Origin: a candidate division FCPU426 bacterium
GTDB lineage: Bacteria > Oederibacteriota > PGYV01 > Palsa-1178
DNA length: 64,000 nt
Reading direction: 5' to 3'
Assembly (NCBI GenBank): GCA_963840035.1
Contig: CAWIXE010000002.1
Coordinates: 768,001 to 832,000 of the forward strand
Shown here: piece by piece, positions 30,342 to 41,680 of the stretch
Position numbering within the stretch: position 1 is the first letter of the stretch
Layout of the letters: every line of letters begins with the position of its first letter
The notes under the pieces: generated by a model
Database searches by the model: none
Told to the model about the DNA's origin: nothing
The model's input: the letters and a program-made list of their open reading frames with translations, nothing else
Translations under genes and position numbers: made by a program

Positions 30342-33300
30342 TCACTTTTTCCACGTAAACCATACATTCCCCGGCCCTGCCACCTGTTCGAGCTGGTGGA
30401 TTACGTCTTCGGTCACGTTTATTCTGCTTTCCTCGCTTAGCGTCATGTCAACTTCCTTGTTGTCCCTGGTCATGACGTGCATTATTACCGTTGATTCGCC
30501 CTTGTTGCGGGCTATTATGTTGTTTATTTCCTTGGCTGTGGTTTCTTCCAGGCCTATTTCGCGCAGTTTGATGTGCACGTATTTTCCCAGCGTGTGGTAG
30601 GCTTCTTTCATGGGGATTACACTTTCTAAAAACATTATGGCGTCGTCTCCGTAGAAGTTTGCCCTGGCTTTTATCATGAAGACGGCGTTTTCCTCAAAGA
30701 CCGGTTTTTCTTTGCGCGTCTTTTCGCTCACTATGACTTCGATTTTATCCGTTAAATCTTCGAGTATGAAGTGGAGCGTTTCCTCGCCTTTTGAGTTTAT
30801 CTTGTTCTGCAGATCGTGGATGATGCCGCCTGTTATGACAAATCCGGCTGACGGTCCCTCGCCTTTTTTGATTTCCTTGATGGTTGTTGAAACGTTCGCC
30901 AGCAGTTTCTGGTATTTCATCAGCGGGTGCGTGGATATGTATGTGCCGAGCACTTCTCGCTCAAAGGTCAGGCGCTGGCTCTCGGGCCATTCGCCAACGT
31001 CCGGCATCTGTACTTTTTCATCGGAAACTTCAAAAAGGCTGAACTGCCCTATTGCGGCGTCCTTCTGGAAACCTTCCGCTTTTTTCATGGCAAGCGGTAC
31101 GGCGGCGTACAGGCTTGCCCGGTCCTGGTAAATGGTATCAAACGCGCCGGCTTTAACGAGCGACTCTATGGTTTTTGAATTTACTATCCTGCCGTTTATC
31201 CTCCGGCAGAAGTCAAAAATGTCTGTGTAATCCCCTTTTTCTTTGCGTTCCCTGGCTATTTCCTCGGCGGCGCCGACGCCTACATTCTTAATGGCGGCAA
31301 GGGCGTATCTTATCATGCCGCGCTCGACTGAAAACTCAGCTTCGCTTTTATTAACGTCAGGCGGAAGTATTTTTACGCCATTGTTCCTGCAGTCGTCCAC
31401 GTAAAATGACGACTTGTCTATGCTTCCCATGATGCTTGTCAAAAGCGCGGCCATGTATTCGCCGGTAAAATGCGTTTTTAAGTATGCCGTCTGATATGCC
31501 AGAACCGCGTAAGCGGCCGCGTGTGATTTATTGAAGCCGTACTGCGAGAACTGGTTGAGCTTTTCAAAGAGTTCCTCTGCCTTGTCCTCGGGTATGTTGT
31601 TCTTTTCCTTCGCGCCTTTTACGAATTCCACGCGTATCTTTTTCATTTCCTTTTCTTTTTTCTTTGACATGGCCCTTCTGAGATTGTCAGCTTTTGTCAC
31701 GGTAAAGCCCGCCACTTCAACGGCTATCTGCATTACCTGCTCCTGATAAACGGCAATGCCGTATGTTTCCTTTAAGACCTTTTCCAGTATGGGAAAGTCA
31801 TACGTGACCGGCAGTAACCCCTTTTTACGCTTGATAAACTCATCTATGTACTTCATGGGCCCGGGCCTGAAAAGCGATATGATGGCTATAATATCCTCAA
31901 AAACAGTGGGTTTCATCTTGGTCAGAATGTCCCTCATGCCCTCGCTTTCAAGCTGAAACACGCCCTGGGTGTTACCCGCTGATAAGAGGTCATATATTTT
32001 CGGGTCCGTATAATCGTCTTCTTTTAGGGTTATGACAACCCCGGTATTCTTTTTGACCAGTTCAATTGTCTTTTTAATAACGGTAAGGTTGCGCAATCCC
32101 AGGATATCGAACTTTATAATGCCGATCTTTTCAAGGGACTCCATCTGGTACTGTGTCATGTATCCCAGCGTGGATGTGCCGTCAGCTTCCACATCGCGCG
32201 GAACCGCGAGCGGAACGAAATCAGTGAGCGCCGTTGGCGCGATGGCGACCCCGGCTCGCATGGGTTGAATCCTGTCTCAGCATACCTTCTATTTTCAAAG
32301 CGTAGGTCAGTATTTCATCCGCCCATTTTTCGTTGTTTACAAAATTCCTGAAAGCTTCGTCTTTCAGGACGTCCTTAAATGATATTGTCGGGCCGTCCGG
32401 CACCAGCTTGGCAAGCCTGTTTACGTCAAATAATTTCACGTCCAAAACCCTGCCTACGTCGCGTATGGCCTGTTTTGGTTTTAACTGCTGAAAAGTGGCA
32501 ATCTGCGCGACCCTGTCCCTGCCGAATTTATCAACGATGAATTTGATGACCTTGTCGCGGTCATTGTCGGCAAAGTCCGAGTCTATATCGGGCGGGGATA
32601 CCCTGTCCGGGTTAAGGAAGCGTTCGAACAGCAGGTTGTATTTAAGCGGATTGATGCTTGTGATGCCCAGGACGTATGAAACAAGGCTTCCTGCGGCGCT
32701 GCCTCTGCCCGGGCCTACGGGTATGTCGTTCTCCCTGGCAAAGTTTATGATATCCCTGACTATCAGGAAGTAACCGGCGTACCCCAACTGTTTGATTATC
32801 TTTATCTCGTGCTCGAGGCGTTCTGTCAATACACTCTCGGGGGCCGGGAACTTTTTCTCAAATAACTTGCGCGCCAGTTTCTCCATGGCGTCATCGTAGG
32901 ATTTTTCCTCGCCGAGTTCATATGAAGGCATGTGCGGTTTTTTGTTTAACTGCAGCTCGAAAACGCACTTTTCCGCCACGTCAGACGTGCGCAGGAGCGC
33001 CTCTTCGTCATCCGGAAATGCCAGTTTCATCTCTGCCAGGTTTTTAAAATAGAATTCATCGGTCTTAAATGAGAGCCTGTCAGTTTCTGCCAGTTTTTTC
33101 CCGGTTTTTATGCATACCAGGACGTCCTGGGCTTTCGCGTCGTCCTTTGTCATGTAATGCGCGTCGTTTGAAGCCACCAGCGGAATGGACGTCTTTTTTG
33201 AAAGTTCGCGCAGGCCGCGGTTCATGATTATTTCTTCCTCAAGGCCGTGGTTCTGCATTTCCAGGTAAAAATTGCCTTCGCCGAACATCTTCACATACTC

Positions 33301-33768
33301 CTGCGCGGCGTGTAATGCCGCGTCAGGGTCGTTATTTATGATAGCCCTTGGTACTTCGCCCTGCATGCATGCCGAGAGCGCTATAAGGCCGTTTGCGTGG
33401 TCTTTAAGGAAGGCTTTGTCCACTGTGGGTTTGTAATAAAAACCTTCAGTGGAAGCAAAGGTGGCTATTTTCAGGAGGTTCTTATAACCTTCTTCGTTTT
33501 TTACAAGCAAAACAAGGTGGTTTTTTTCGCGTGATTTATCGGCGATCTTATCCACGAGATAGGTTTCCAGCCCGATAATGGGCCTAATGCCGGCGGCCGC
33601 CAGCGTGCTGTAAAATTCCACCACTCCGTACATATATCCGTGGTCGGTTATGGCGCATGAGTGCATGTTGTTTAAGCGGCATGTCTCAATAATGTCATCA
33701 AACCGGCACATGCCGTCTAACAGGCTGTATTTGCTGTGCAGGTGAAGGTGGATGAAGTTGCTTTTCAA
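30342..33768 (-). CDS. dnaE: DNA polymerase III alpha subunit (split by +1 frameshift near 32257)
   Basis: HLHLHSKYSLLDG PHP domain, GRGSAAGS, PDIDSDF; second part KFDILGL, YGFNKSHAAAY, OB fold; STHA/AGV junction broken by one extra base. Confidence 0.96.
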
Positions 33769-33927
33769 AATGTCTCCTTAAGTAAACTCAAAATTCAAAA
33801 GTCAAAACCTAAAAGCGGACCTAAATAAAAACTTTAACTAAACACAAATTATATAAAATATTACCACATTTGTTGTTTTTGTTAAAGCGTTAGATTGTGT
33901 CGATTGGATTTGTTTTAAATATGAATT

Positions 33928-33989
33928 GGTAGCCGCAGCCTTTAGGCTGCGTCGCGCCGGCCTTTCGCAGCCTTAAGGTTGCGGCTACC
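33928..33989. repeat. REP doublet family A copy 2 (contains prmC stop codon)
   Basis: GGTAGCCGCAGCCTTTAGGCTGCG ... CGCAGCCTTAAGGTTGCGGCTACC. Confidence 0.8.
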
Positions 33990-34860
33990 GGAGCCTAAAA
34001 ACCAGCACCCTTTCCTTGCCTCTAAAATCATTAAACCCGCCTTCAAATTTCCAGCTGTCTGCCGGGAATAGGCGCTTTACGCGTTTACTCATGTTATCAC
34101 CTATTTCAACGGCTAAAAAACCGCCTTTTTTAAGCATCTTTGGTCCGCATTGGGCGAAGCGTTCATAGAAAGAAAGGCCCTGGCTTCCGTCCGTTAAAGC
34201 CATGCGCGGTTCCTGTAGTACCTCTTTTTGCAGGGTTTTTAGGGCCTTTAAGCGTATGTAAGGCGGGTTTGATACTATGAGGTCAAACCTGTGGTGATTG
34301 CGCCTGCAAAGGCTAAAGAAGTCGCCTTTCAGGGGTTTTAGACGGCGGCTCACACCGTGTTTTATAGCGTTGGTTAAAGTCAGGTTAATGGCTTTGGGGT
34401 TTTTATCAAAGCTGTAGAATCTGGATATCAGGTCAAGTTCCTTTAAAAGAGTCACAGGTATGATGCCTGAGCCTGAACCGCAGTCAGCGGCTATTGTCCC
34501 CGCCGGCAGGCTGCTTTTAAGGGATTTCACTGCGTCAATAAGCGCTTCAGTGTCGGGTCTTGGTATGAAGACGCCTTTTTTGACCATGAATTCCCTGCCG
34601 TAGAAACATTCAGAACCGGTTATGTACTGCAGGGGCAGGTGTTTTAACCTTGCCTGTATAAGTTTCATGAATTTTTTTTGGAGGGCTGCGGGGATTTCAT
34701 CCCTGTAGAGTGTATATAGTTTTTCCCGTGTAAGCCCCGACGAAAACAAAAAGATGGCTTCTGCCTCGCGGAAAGCCGAGCCGGAGTTACGGATGATTTT
34801 TTTAAGTTTTTCCCTGGCTAAAGCCAGGCACTGAAAATAAGTGGAGGGGTTCTTTTTCAT
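33985..34860 (-). CDS. prmC: Release factor glutamine methyltransferase
   Basis: PLQYITG, FIPRPDTE, DCGSGSG, VSNPPYI; downstream of prfA. Confidence 0.95.
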   Translation of the reverse strand: MKKNPSTYFQCLALAREKLKKIIRNSGSAFREAEAIFLFSSGLTREKLYTLYRDEIPAALQKKFMKLIQARLKHLPLQYITGSECFYGREFMVKKGVFIPRPDTEALIDAVKSLKSSLPAGTIAADCGSGSGIIPVTLLKELDLISRFYSFDKNPKAINLTLTNAIKHGVSRRLKPLKGDFFSLCRRNHHRFDLIVSNPPYIRLKALKTLQKEVLQEPRMALTDGSQGLSFYERFAQCGPKMLKKGGFLAVEIGDNMSKRVKRLFPADSWKFEGGFNDFRGKERVLVFRLR

Positions 34861-35396
34861 TTGCCCGGGCCCATGGATATTTTTTTAATGCTGACTTTAA
34901 TCCTTCCGATAATGCTCATGCGTTTATTGATGAGCCCTTTTATGAAATCGTTTTTGGCAAGGTCCATGGCTGTGCGTCCCGCTTTATTCATCCTGTCCGG
35001 GTGTGCCCCGGCCGAAAGCAGGTCCATAACTATGCCGTCATGTCCCATAATGGCCGCTTCCATAAGCGCGGTATTGCCGTCGTCGTTTGCCAGGTCAGCT
35101 TCAGCTCCGGAATCAAGAAGCAGTTTTGCGATATCGCGTTTTCCAAACCATGCCGCTTCTATTAAGGCGGTGTAACCCCGGGTTGATTGTATGTTGAGAC
35201 CTGCTTTGGAGTTTATGAGAAATTTGGCGGCGTCAAAATGGCCGCTGCGTACAGCCATCATAAGAGGTGTATGTTTATAAGGCGATAGGTTGTCGCGCGT
35301 ATTGATATCAGCGCCCTTCTCAATGCACTCCCTGAGGGCATCAAGGTCGCCCCGTCCGGCCACGTCAATGAGCCTATCATTAAGTTCGGATGACAT
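34857..35396 (-). CDS. Ankyrin-repeat protein
   Basis: TPLMMAV..GH, TALIEAA..G, TALMEAA..GH, GRTAMDLA. Confidence 0.9.
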   Translation of the reverse strand: MSSELNDRLIDVAGRGDLDALRECIEKGADINTRDNLSPYKHTPLMMAVRSGHFDAAKFLINSKAGLNIQSTRGYTALIEAAWFGKRDIAKLLLDSGAEADLANDDGNTALMEAAIMGHDGIVMDLLSAGAHPDRMNKAGRTAMDLAKNDFIKGLINKRMSIIGRIKVSIKKISMGPGK

Positions 35397-35498
35397 ATAA
35401 CCCCTTTTAGGACAATTGACGATTGACAATTGTCTATTGACGATTTAGTTCTAAGTCCATTAATTGACAATCGACAATTGTTAATCGTCAATTAGTCT

Positions 35499-36572
35499 TT
35501 AAGCCCCTTGTTCCAAAAGTTTCTGTTTATAATCCTGGTCCAGTTTTTCAAGGAAGTCGTCTATCTGGCCCTGCATAACAGCTTCCAGGTTGTAAATGGT
35601 AAGCCCTATCCTGTGGTCTGTGACCCTGTTTTGCGGGTAGTTATAGGTCCTTATTTTTTCGCTCCTGTCGCCTGAGCCTATCTGAGCTTTGCGGTTGGAG
35701 TCGAGTTTGGCTTTTTCATCGCCTTCGAGCTTGTTTTTAACCCTGGCGCGCAGGATGGTCATGGCTTTTTCCTTGTTCTTTATCTGCGACCTGCCGTCCT
35801 GGCAGTAAACTTCAAGCATGGTCGGAAGGTGGACTATCCTTACGGCTGATTCCGTCTTATTCACGTGCTGCCCGCCGGCTCCTGAGGCCCTGCAGACTTC
35901 GATCTTTAAGTCGTCCGGTTTCAGTTCGACGTCGACCTCTTCCTGTTCCGGAAGCACTGCCACTGTGGCGGCCGAGGTGTGTATCCTTCCGCTTGTTTCC
36001 GTGTCAGGCACCCTCTGAACCCTGTGCGTGCCGCTTTCAAATTTCATCTTTGCGTAGGCGTTATCGCCGCTTACCATGAAAATGATTTCCTTAACCCCGC
36101 CGATTTCAGTGGGCGCGGACTCCAATACCTCGAGTTTAAAGTTATGCGTGTCGCAGTATTTTGTGTACATTTTATACAGGTCGCCCGCGAAAAGGCCGGC
36201 TTCATCGCCGCCTGTGCCGGCGCGAATTTCCACTATCGCGTTCTTTTTATCATTTGGGTCCTTGGGAAGCATGGCGTATTCGAGCTCTTTTTCAAGCCTG
36301 GAAAGCTTGATCCTGCTTTCCTCTATTTCCTGCTCTGCCATCTGCCTCATCTCGGGGTCTTCTTCGGTGGTCAAAATATGCTGGGATTCCATCATGGCCC
36401 GTTCCGCTTTAATATAATCGTCAAACCTGTCCATGATGGGACGCAGTTCAGCGTGGTTTTTCATCTTGTTAGTATACATTTCCCTGTTTCCTATGGTGGA
36501 GCTTTCGGAAAGCTCGACATTGAGCCTCTCAAAAGTCTCCTTCATCTTGAGCAGTTTTTCCCTGAAAATCAT
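35499..36572 (-). CDS. prfA: Peptide chain release factor 1
   Basis: EIRAGTGGDEA, HRVQRVPDTE (PxT), GAGGQHVN; followed by prmC. Confidence 0.97.
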   Translation of the reverse strand: MIFREKLLKMKETFERLNVELSESSTIGNREMYTNKMKNHAELRPIMDRFDDYIKAERAMMESQHILTTEEDPEMRQMAEQEIEESRIKLSRLEKELEYAMLPKDPNDKKNAIVEIRAGTGGDEAGLFAGDLYKMYTKYCDTHNFKLEVLESAPTEIGGVKEIIFMVSGDNAYAKMKFESGTHRVQRVPDTETSGRIHTSAATVAVLPEQEEVDVELKPDDLKIEVCRASGAGGQHVNKTESAVRIVHLPTMLEVYCQDGRSQIKNKEKAMTILRARVKNKLEGDEKAKLDSNRKAQIGSGDRSEKIRTYNYPQNRVTDHRIGLTIYNLEAVMQGQIDDFLEKLDQDYKQKLLEQGA

Positions 36573-37555
36573 TATTTTTTGGCCTTCTTTGTTTTTTTAG
36601 AGTGCAGTTTAATATATTTGTTTTCAAGCGCAACCACCGTGTTTAAGGATTTAACCGATACTTCGACCATGTCCTTGTCCGGTTCTTTAGTGGTCAGCCT
36701 CTGGAACGCCAGGCCCGGGGCTATTAAGATCTTCATAAAGAAGTTGTCCCGGAATTTGTGCGAGAGCTTAAGTATCTCGTAGGATATGCCTATAATCGGA
36801 AGAAGCAGGGGTATTTCAAATAACAGCCTTTGGAATATATTAAGTTCCGCGGGAAGGAATATAAAGAAAATTACAAGGCTTATCGCCACAGTAATGATGA
36901 TGAACGCGGTGCCGCACCTCGGGTGCCTTGTGGAATATGGCTTAATGTTGGCGTATGTCAGTTTTTTTCCGTCTTCAAAGGCGTATATGCACTTATGCTC
37001 GGCGCCGTGGTACTGGAAGAGCCTTTTTACGTCCTCAAGCTTTGATATTGCCCAGACATAAAGAAAAAACATGAGAAATTTGAATACGACCATTCCCAGG
37101 TTGAAGTAAAACCTGTTAGTGTTTATCTCGGGCAGCACTTTGCCGATTAATTTATTGATGCCAAAAGGTATAAGGAAAAACAATACCAGGGCCATTACAA
37201 TTGCCAGCGCGATGGATATGATCATCTCCATGCCGTTGTCTTTTGCTTTTGCCTTTGCCCCTTTTTTTACGCCGTTCTTTTTATTCTCCGCGGCTTCCAT
37301 GTCTTTTTCCATCAGGTCCGCTGACCATGTAAGCGAGCTCATGCCCATGGACATGGATTCCCACATGGAAAGGATGCCGCGCATTAAGGGCCATTTCCAG
37401 AACTTGTGTTTTTCAGAGACAGAGTTGACAGTCCCGGATGTGACAGATATCTTTTTATCCGCGCGCCTTACCGCAATCGCGTAATAATGGGGCGACCTCA
37501 TCATGACGCCTTCAATGACGGCCTCGCCACCTACGTTGTATTGTGGTTTTTTCAT
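36572..37555 (-). CDS. DUF1385 membrane protein
   Basis: GGEAVIEGVMM, YHGAEHK, HPRCGT, QRLTTKEPD; typical rpmE-prfA neighbour. Confidence 0.92.
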   Translation of the reverse strand: MKKPQYNVGGEAVIEGVMMRSPHYYAIAVRRADKKISVTSGTVNSVSEKHKFWKWPLMRGILSMWESMSMGMSSLTWSADLMEKDMEAAENKKNGVKKGAKAKAKDNGMEMIISIALAIVMALVLFFLIPFGINKLIGKVLPEINTNRFYFNLGMVVFKFLMFFLYVWAISKLEDVKRLFQYHGAEHKCIYAFEDGKKLTYANIKPYSTRHPRCGTAFIIITVAISLVIFFIFLPAELNIFQRLLFEIPLLLPIIGISYEILKLSHKFRDNFFMKILIAPGLAFQRLTTKEPDKDMVEVSVKSLNTVVALENKYIKLHSKKTKKAKK

Positions 37556-37592
37556 TTTTGTCCTTTCGGTTAAAACAGATTTTTTAAATGGC

Positions 37593-37699
37593 TGTCATTG
37601 CGAGGAGCCGTTTTTGTTTCAAGGCGACGAAGCAATCCTGCTGTTGTTAAACGAGATTGCTTCGTCGGCGGGAGGCAAAAACGCCTCCTCGCAATGACA
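37593..37699. repeat. Palindromic element (RPE/MITE-like)
   Basis: TGTCATTGCGAGGAG..GACGAAGCAATC..GATTGCTTCGTC..CTCCTCGCAATGACA nested inverted repeats. Confidence 0.75.
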
Positions 37700-37781
37700 T
37701 CAAAGCCCCTTACAAAAAAACAACCGGTCCGGCACTTGCCGCCATAAGCAGCAGATACCGGACCGGTTTATTTAAAAAGTG

Positions 37782-38000
37782 CTAAGCTTCTTTTTTAGGT
37801 GCTGCCTTGCCTGCCCTTTTCCTGAATTTCTCGACTCTTCCGTCAGTGTCCATGAACTTCTGGACGCCTGAGAAGAACGGATGGCATGAGGAGCAAACTT
37901 CCACCTTTATGTCCCCTATCGTCGACCTTGTTTCAAACGAGTTGCCGCAGGCGCATGCTACCTTGGCATTTTTGTATTCCGGGTGAATTCCTTTTTTCAT
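37782..38000 (-). CDS. rpmE: 50S ribosomal protein L31 (Zn-binding type)
   Basis: [28 protein letters not shown]. Confidence 0.98.
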   Translation of the reverse strand: MKKGIHPEYKNAKVACACGNSFETRSTIGDIKVEVCSSCHPFFSGVQKFMDTDGRVEKFRKRAGKAAPKKEA

Positions 38001-38081
38001 TACCTGTCTCCTTTATGTTGTTTAAAGTCTTTTAAGCGGTTTTAATTGTAAATGGTAAAGGGCAAATTGTAAATAGTTTTT

Positions 38082-39335
38082 TTAGTCAATATTCATGGCG
38101 TCTATGAACGCCTTGTTGGTCTTTCTTTTGTTCATTTCCTCGTTTAAGAACTCGATAATGTCAACCGGCTTCATTTTGGACAGGAGGGCTTTCCTTAAGA
38201 TCCAGACCTTTTTAAGGGTTTCCTTTTCCAGCAGGAGCTCTTCTTTCCTGGTGCCTGACTTGCTTATGTCTATGGCCGGGAAGAGCCTTTTATCCGCGAG
38301 TTCGCGCGAGAGCAGAATTTCGCTGTTGCCTGTTCCCTTGAATTCTTCAAATATGACGTCGTCCATCTTTGAGCCGGTCTCTACAAGCGCCGTGGCTATG
38401 ATGGTAAGCGAGCCGCCCTCTTCTATGGCGCGGGCCGCTCCGAAGAACCTTTTGGGTTTTTGCAGGGCGTTAGAGTCTATACCGCCGGTTAAAACCTTGC
38501 CTGAGCTCGGCGCCACGGCATTATATGCCCTGGCAAGCCTGGTAATTGAGTCGAGCAGGATGACAACGTCTTTTTTATGTTCAACGAGCCTTTTTGCCTT
38601 TTCTATGACCATCTCGGCTACCTGTATGTGGCGTGTCGGAGGTTCGTCAAAAGTCGAGCTTACTACCTCGCCTTTTACAGTCCTTTCCATGTCTGTTACT
38701 TCCTCGGGCCTTTCGTCTATCAGAAGCACTATGAGGAATATTTCCGGGTGGTTCTCCGTGATTGAGTTTGCTATCTTCTGAAGCAGCACTGTCTTACCTG
38801 TCCTGGGCGGGGCTACTATCAGCCCTCTCTGTCCTTTTCCGAGCGGTGTTAAAAGGTCCATGATCCTCATCGACGGGTCTTTGTCCTTATTCTCAAGGAT
38901 AATATGCTGCTCGGGGTAAAGCGGGGTAAGGTTATCAAAGAATGTTTTGTCTTTGATTTTTTCCGGGTCATCGCTGTTTATGGTTTCGACTTTTAAAAGC
39001 GCAAAGTATTTTTCGCCTTCCTTGGGGGGCCTCACCTGTCCGGCGATCATGTCGCCTGTGCGCAGGTCGAACTTTCTTATCTGTGAAGGCGAGACGTATA
39101 TATCGTCCGGTCCCGGAAGATAGTTGTAATTCGGCGAACGGAGAAATCCGAAGCCGTCCGGAAGTATTTCAAGAACTCCCTCCCCGAAAATAAGCCCGTT
39201 GCTTTTTGTGTCGGTTTCGAGGATTTTAAATATGAGTTCCTGTTTTTTAAGGGTTGAGGTTTCTTCCAGTTTCAGGTCTTTCGCGATTTTCTGAAGTTCG
39301 GTGAGTTTCTTAAGCTTTAAATCCTGTAGATTCAT
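38082..39335 (-). CDS. rho: Transcription termination factor Rho
   Basis: [46 protein letters not shown]. Confidence 0.99.
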   Translation of the reverse strand: MNLQDLKLKKLTELQKIAKDLKLEETSTLKKQELIFKILETDTKSNGLIFGEGVLEILPDGFGFLRSPNYNYLPGPDDIYVSPSQIRKFDLRTGDMIAGQVRPPKEGEKYFALLKVETINSDDPEKIKDKTFFDNLTPLYPEQHIILENKDKDPSMRIMDLLTPLGKGQRGLIVAPPRTGKTVLLQKIANSITENHPEIFLIVLLIDERPEEVTDMERTVKGEVVSSTFDEPPTRHIQVAEMVIEKAKRLVEHKKDVVILLDSITRLARAYNAVAPSSGKVLTGGIDSNALQKPKRFFGAARAIEEGGSLTIIATALVETGSKMDDVIFEEFKGTGNSEILLSRELADKRLFPAIDISKSGTRKEELLLEKETLKKVWILRKALLSKMKPVDIIEFLNEEMNKRKTNKAFIDAMNID

Positions 39336-39452
39336 TGAATGTATTACCTCCTGGGGTAATTTGAGTTTTTTGTTATTTTAAAACATAACAAGCAGATGTG
39401 TTGGAAGACTAATTAGGGATTTTCCTCCTGGCTGACTTGTTTAACTGATATA

Positions 39453-39481
39453 AATATATATCTTTTTAGCCTGTTTGTCAA
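39453..39481 (-). promoter_or_regulatory. sigma70-type promoter for rho operon
   Basis: TTGACA-17 bp-TATATT on minus strand. Confidence 0.55.
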
Positions 39482-39526
39482 CATAAAATAAAAAGTTTTA
39501 TGAAATTTCCCCAGACGTTTATATTA

Positions 39527-39601
39527 TGGTACCGCTATGGAGAATCGAACTCCAATTACAGGATTGAGAACCCCGTGTCCTAACCGTTAGACGATAGCGG
39601 C
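39527..39601 (-). tRNA. tRNA-Glu (CTC)
   Basis: GCCGCTATCGTCTAACGGTTAGGACACGGGGTT-CTC-AATCCTGTAATTGGAGTTCGATTCTCCATAGCGGTACCA; cloverleaf with encoded CCA. Confidence 0.95.
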
Positions 39602-39670
39602 ACTTATTGGCTGGAGAAAATTTATCATAATAATATTTAACAGTCAATATCTAATTATATGAGATGATTG

Positions 39671-40021
39671 TTATTCTTCTATTATTTTATTAATGATTTC
39701 TTTGTCCTCTTCCTTAAGTGCCAGGAACTCCAGGCCGAACTGGTCCGCGTTTCCCTGTTTTCTCTGCCATTTGATCTCGGCAAAAGCTACAATCGGCTCT
39801 TCTTTTTGGTCTGTCTTAAACTCCACTTTAATTACATCGCCCGTAGTCCCTATGGAGAGTCCTTCTACCCTGACTCCGCCGGCGCTTAAATCCGTGCTTT
39901 TGCCTTCTTTTTTAAGGGCTTCCATGGAACTGTCCTTGGGCATTAACTTGTATTTGACGGTATATGAGACTGTTGCCCTCTTATGTTTCCTTTTCTCTAT
40001 GAACATATTCCCTTCAGGCAT
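39671..40021 (-). CDS. PilZ-domain protein
   Basis: EKRKHKR (RxxxR) and DLSAGG (DxSxxG). Confidence 0.9.
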   Translation of the reverse strand: MPEGNMFIEKRKHKRATVSYTVKYKLMPKDSSMEALKKEGKSTDLSAGGVRVEGLSIGTTGDVIKVEFKTDQKEEPIVAFAEIKWQRKQGNADQFGLEFLALKEEDKEIINKIIEE

Positions 40022-40116
40022 TTTTGTCCCCCTGCGTTATTTGATAACAATAAAATAGTATCATAAAACAGTGAAAAATCAAGGAATTGTTCCCTGTTTT
40101 GTGTTATATTATTCTC

Positions 40117-41092
40117 ATGAAAAATACAAACGCGGATAAAAGCTGTAAATACCACGGCCACGATGAAGCACACGGCCATGAACATGATCATGGCCAGGGG
40201 CATCACCACCATGGCAGCGGGGATGAAAAGTCGCTGTTAATATCCATAATCCTTAACTTTGCCATAACCGCCGCGCAGATAGCCGGCGGGCTTATATCGG
40301 GGTCGCTTGCCCTTTTATCAGACGCCTTTCATAACCTTTCTGACGCTGTTTCGCTTGTCATTTCATACATTGCCATATTAATTGGCAAAAAAACCAAGTC
40401 GGCGACCAAGACATATGGGTATAAAAGGGCTGAGATACTGGCTGCGCTGGCAAATGTGGTTACCCTGTTTTTGGTATGCGCTTATATTATTTATGAGGCC
40501 ATTATCAGGCTTCAAAAGCCGCAGCCAATTAATACCGGGATAATGCTGGCCGTGGCTTTTCTCGGGCTCTTAGGCAACGGCATATCCGTGCTGATGCTTT
40601 TTAAAAGCGCAAAGGAAAATATAAATATTAAAAGCGCCTTTTTGCACCTTATTGGCGATACGGTTTCGTCTGTCGGGGTAATTTTAATAGCGATTGTACT
40701 CCGTTTTCAGCCATGGTATTTTCTGGACGCTGTAGTATCGGTGCTCATTGCCGCATATATTATCAAAGAAAGCCTGTCCATATTTATGGAGAGCCTTAAT
40801 ATACTGATGCAGGGAGCGCCTAAAGGCCTTGATAAGGATAAAATAATTGAAAAAATAATTGCCATACGGGGAATTAAATTCAAAGACATACATCACATAC
40901 ATATGTGGGATATAACGCCCGGCAAAACCGTCTTTGACGCGCACATAGTCATAGACAAAAAAGAGCTCAAAAATACGGACAGTATTATTAAAAGGATTAA
41001 TAAGGTTTTAAAAGATGATTTTCACATAAGCCACTCCACGCTGCGAGCTGGAGTCAGGCGACGCGAGCCAGTGTAAGACTTGTGACCTATAA
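40117..41092 (+). CDS. CDF family Zn/Co/Cd efflux transporter (CzcD-like); extra base at 41045 alters C-terminus
   Basis: His-rich N-terminus, SLALLSDAFHNLSD, YGYKRAEILAAL, AFLHLIGD; removing one G restores HSTLQLE..CKTCDL*. Confidence 0.92.
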
Positions 41093-41192
41093 AACCAATC
41101 ACATATCCCAAATCACAAATCCCAAAGAAAAAGGAAATCGATAATACAATTTGATTATTCAAAAACTGTTTGTGATTTGATTATGATTTTTT

Positions 41193-41270
41193 TTGTGATT
41201 TGGGACTTGTGATTTGGGACTTGTGATTTGGGACTTGTGATTTGGGACTTGTGATTTGGGACTTGGGATT
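41193..41270. repeat. 14-bp (2x7) tandem repeat, 5 copies plus partial
   Basis: TTGTGATTTGGGAC x5; degenerate inverted copy at about 41096-41126, between convergent genes. Confidence 0.93.
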
Positions 41271-41273
41271 ATC

Positions 41274-41627
41274 TTATTTGCCTAACAACTCTTCCAGCGT
41301 AGCCGCCTCTTCTTCCCTTAAGCCGACGAATTTTACGCCGAATTCATATTTCTTGTCTATCTTTTTAACCCACCTGACCTCGGCTAACACGGTCACATTG
41401 TCCTTCGGGTCAGTGCCGAATATTTCCACCCTGAGAATGTCGCCTGTTTCCGCCGGAACTACGCCGTCTAATTTAACGCCGCCAAGGCTTATATCAAGGG
41501 ATTTCCCGGGGCCTCTTTCGGTCTCCGCGCTGACCTTTTTTGGCATGACCTTATAGTGTATGGTTAATTCTTTTACCATTCTTATGTGAGTTCTTTTTTC
41601 GAGGTAAATTTTGCCTTTAGGTTCCAT
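41274..41627 (-). CDS. PilZ-domain protein
   Basis: EKRTHIR, DISLGG, AEVRW..FGVKF. Confidence 0.9.
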   Translation of the reverse strand: MEPKGKIYLEKRTHIRMVKELTIHYKVMPKKVSAETERGPGKSLDISLGGVKLDGVVPAETGDILRVEIFGTDPKDNVTVLAEVRWVKKIDKKYEFGVKFVGLREEEAATLEELLGK

Positions 41628-41680
41628 AGCGCCTCCCTGTCCTAACAAATATTATAATCAGCTTTACCGGAGATTTCAAG

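Noticed and set aside
30342..33768. Naturally split or intein-containing dnaE
   Set aside because: No intein motifs; removing one base restores the conserved STHAAGV
39527..39601. Genomic island integrated at tRNA-Glu
   Set aside because: No duplicated tRNA 3' end or integrase seen; the 3' side leads straight to rho
41193..41270. CRISPR array
   Set aside because: 14-bp contiguous tandem repeat without spacers
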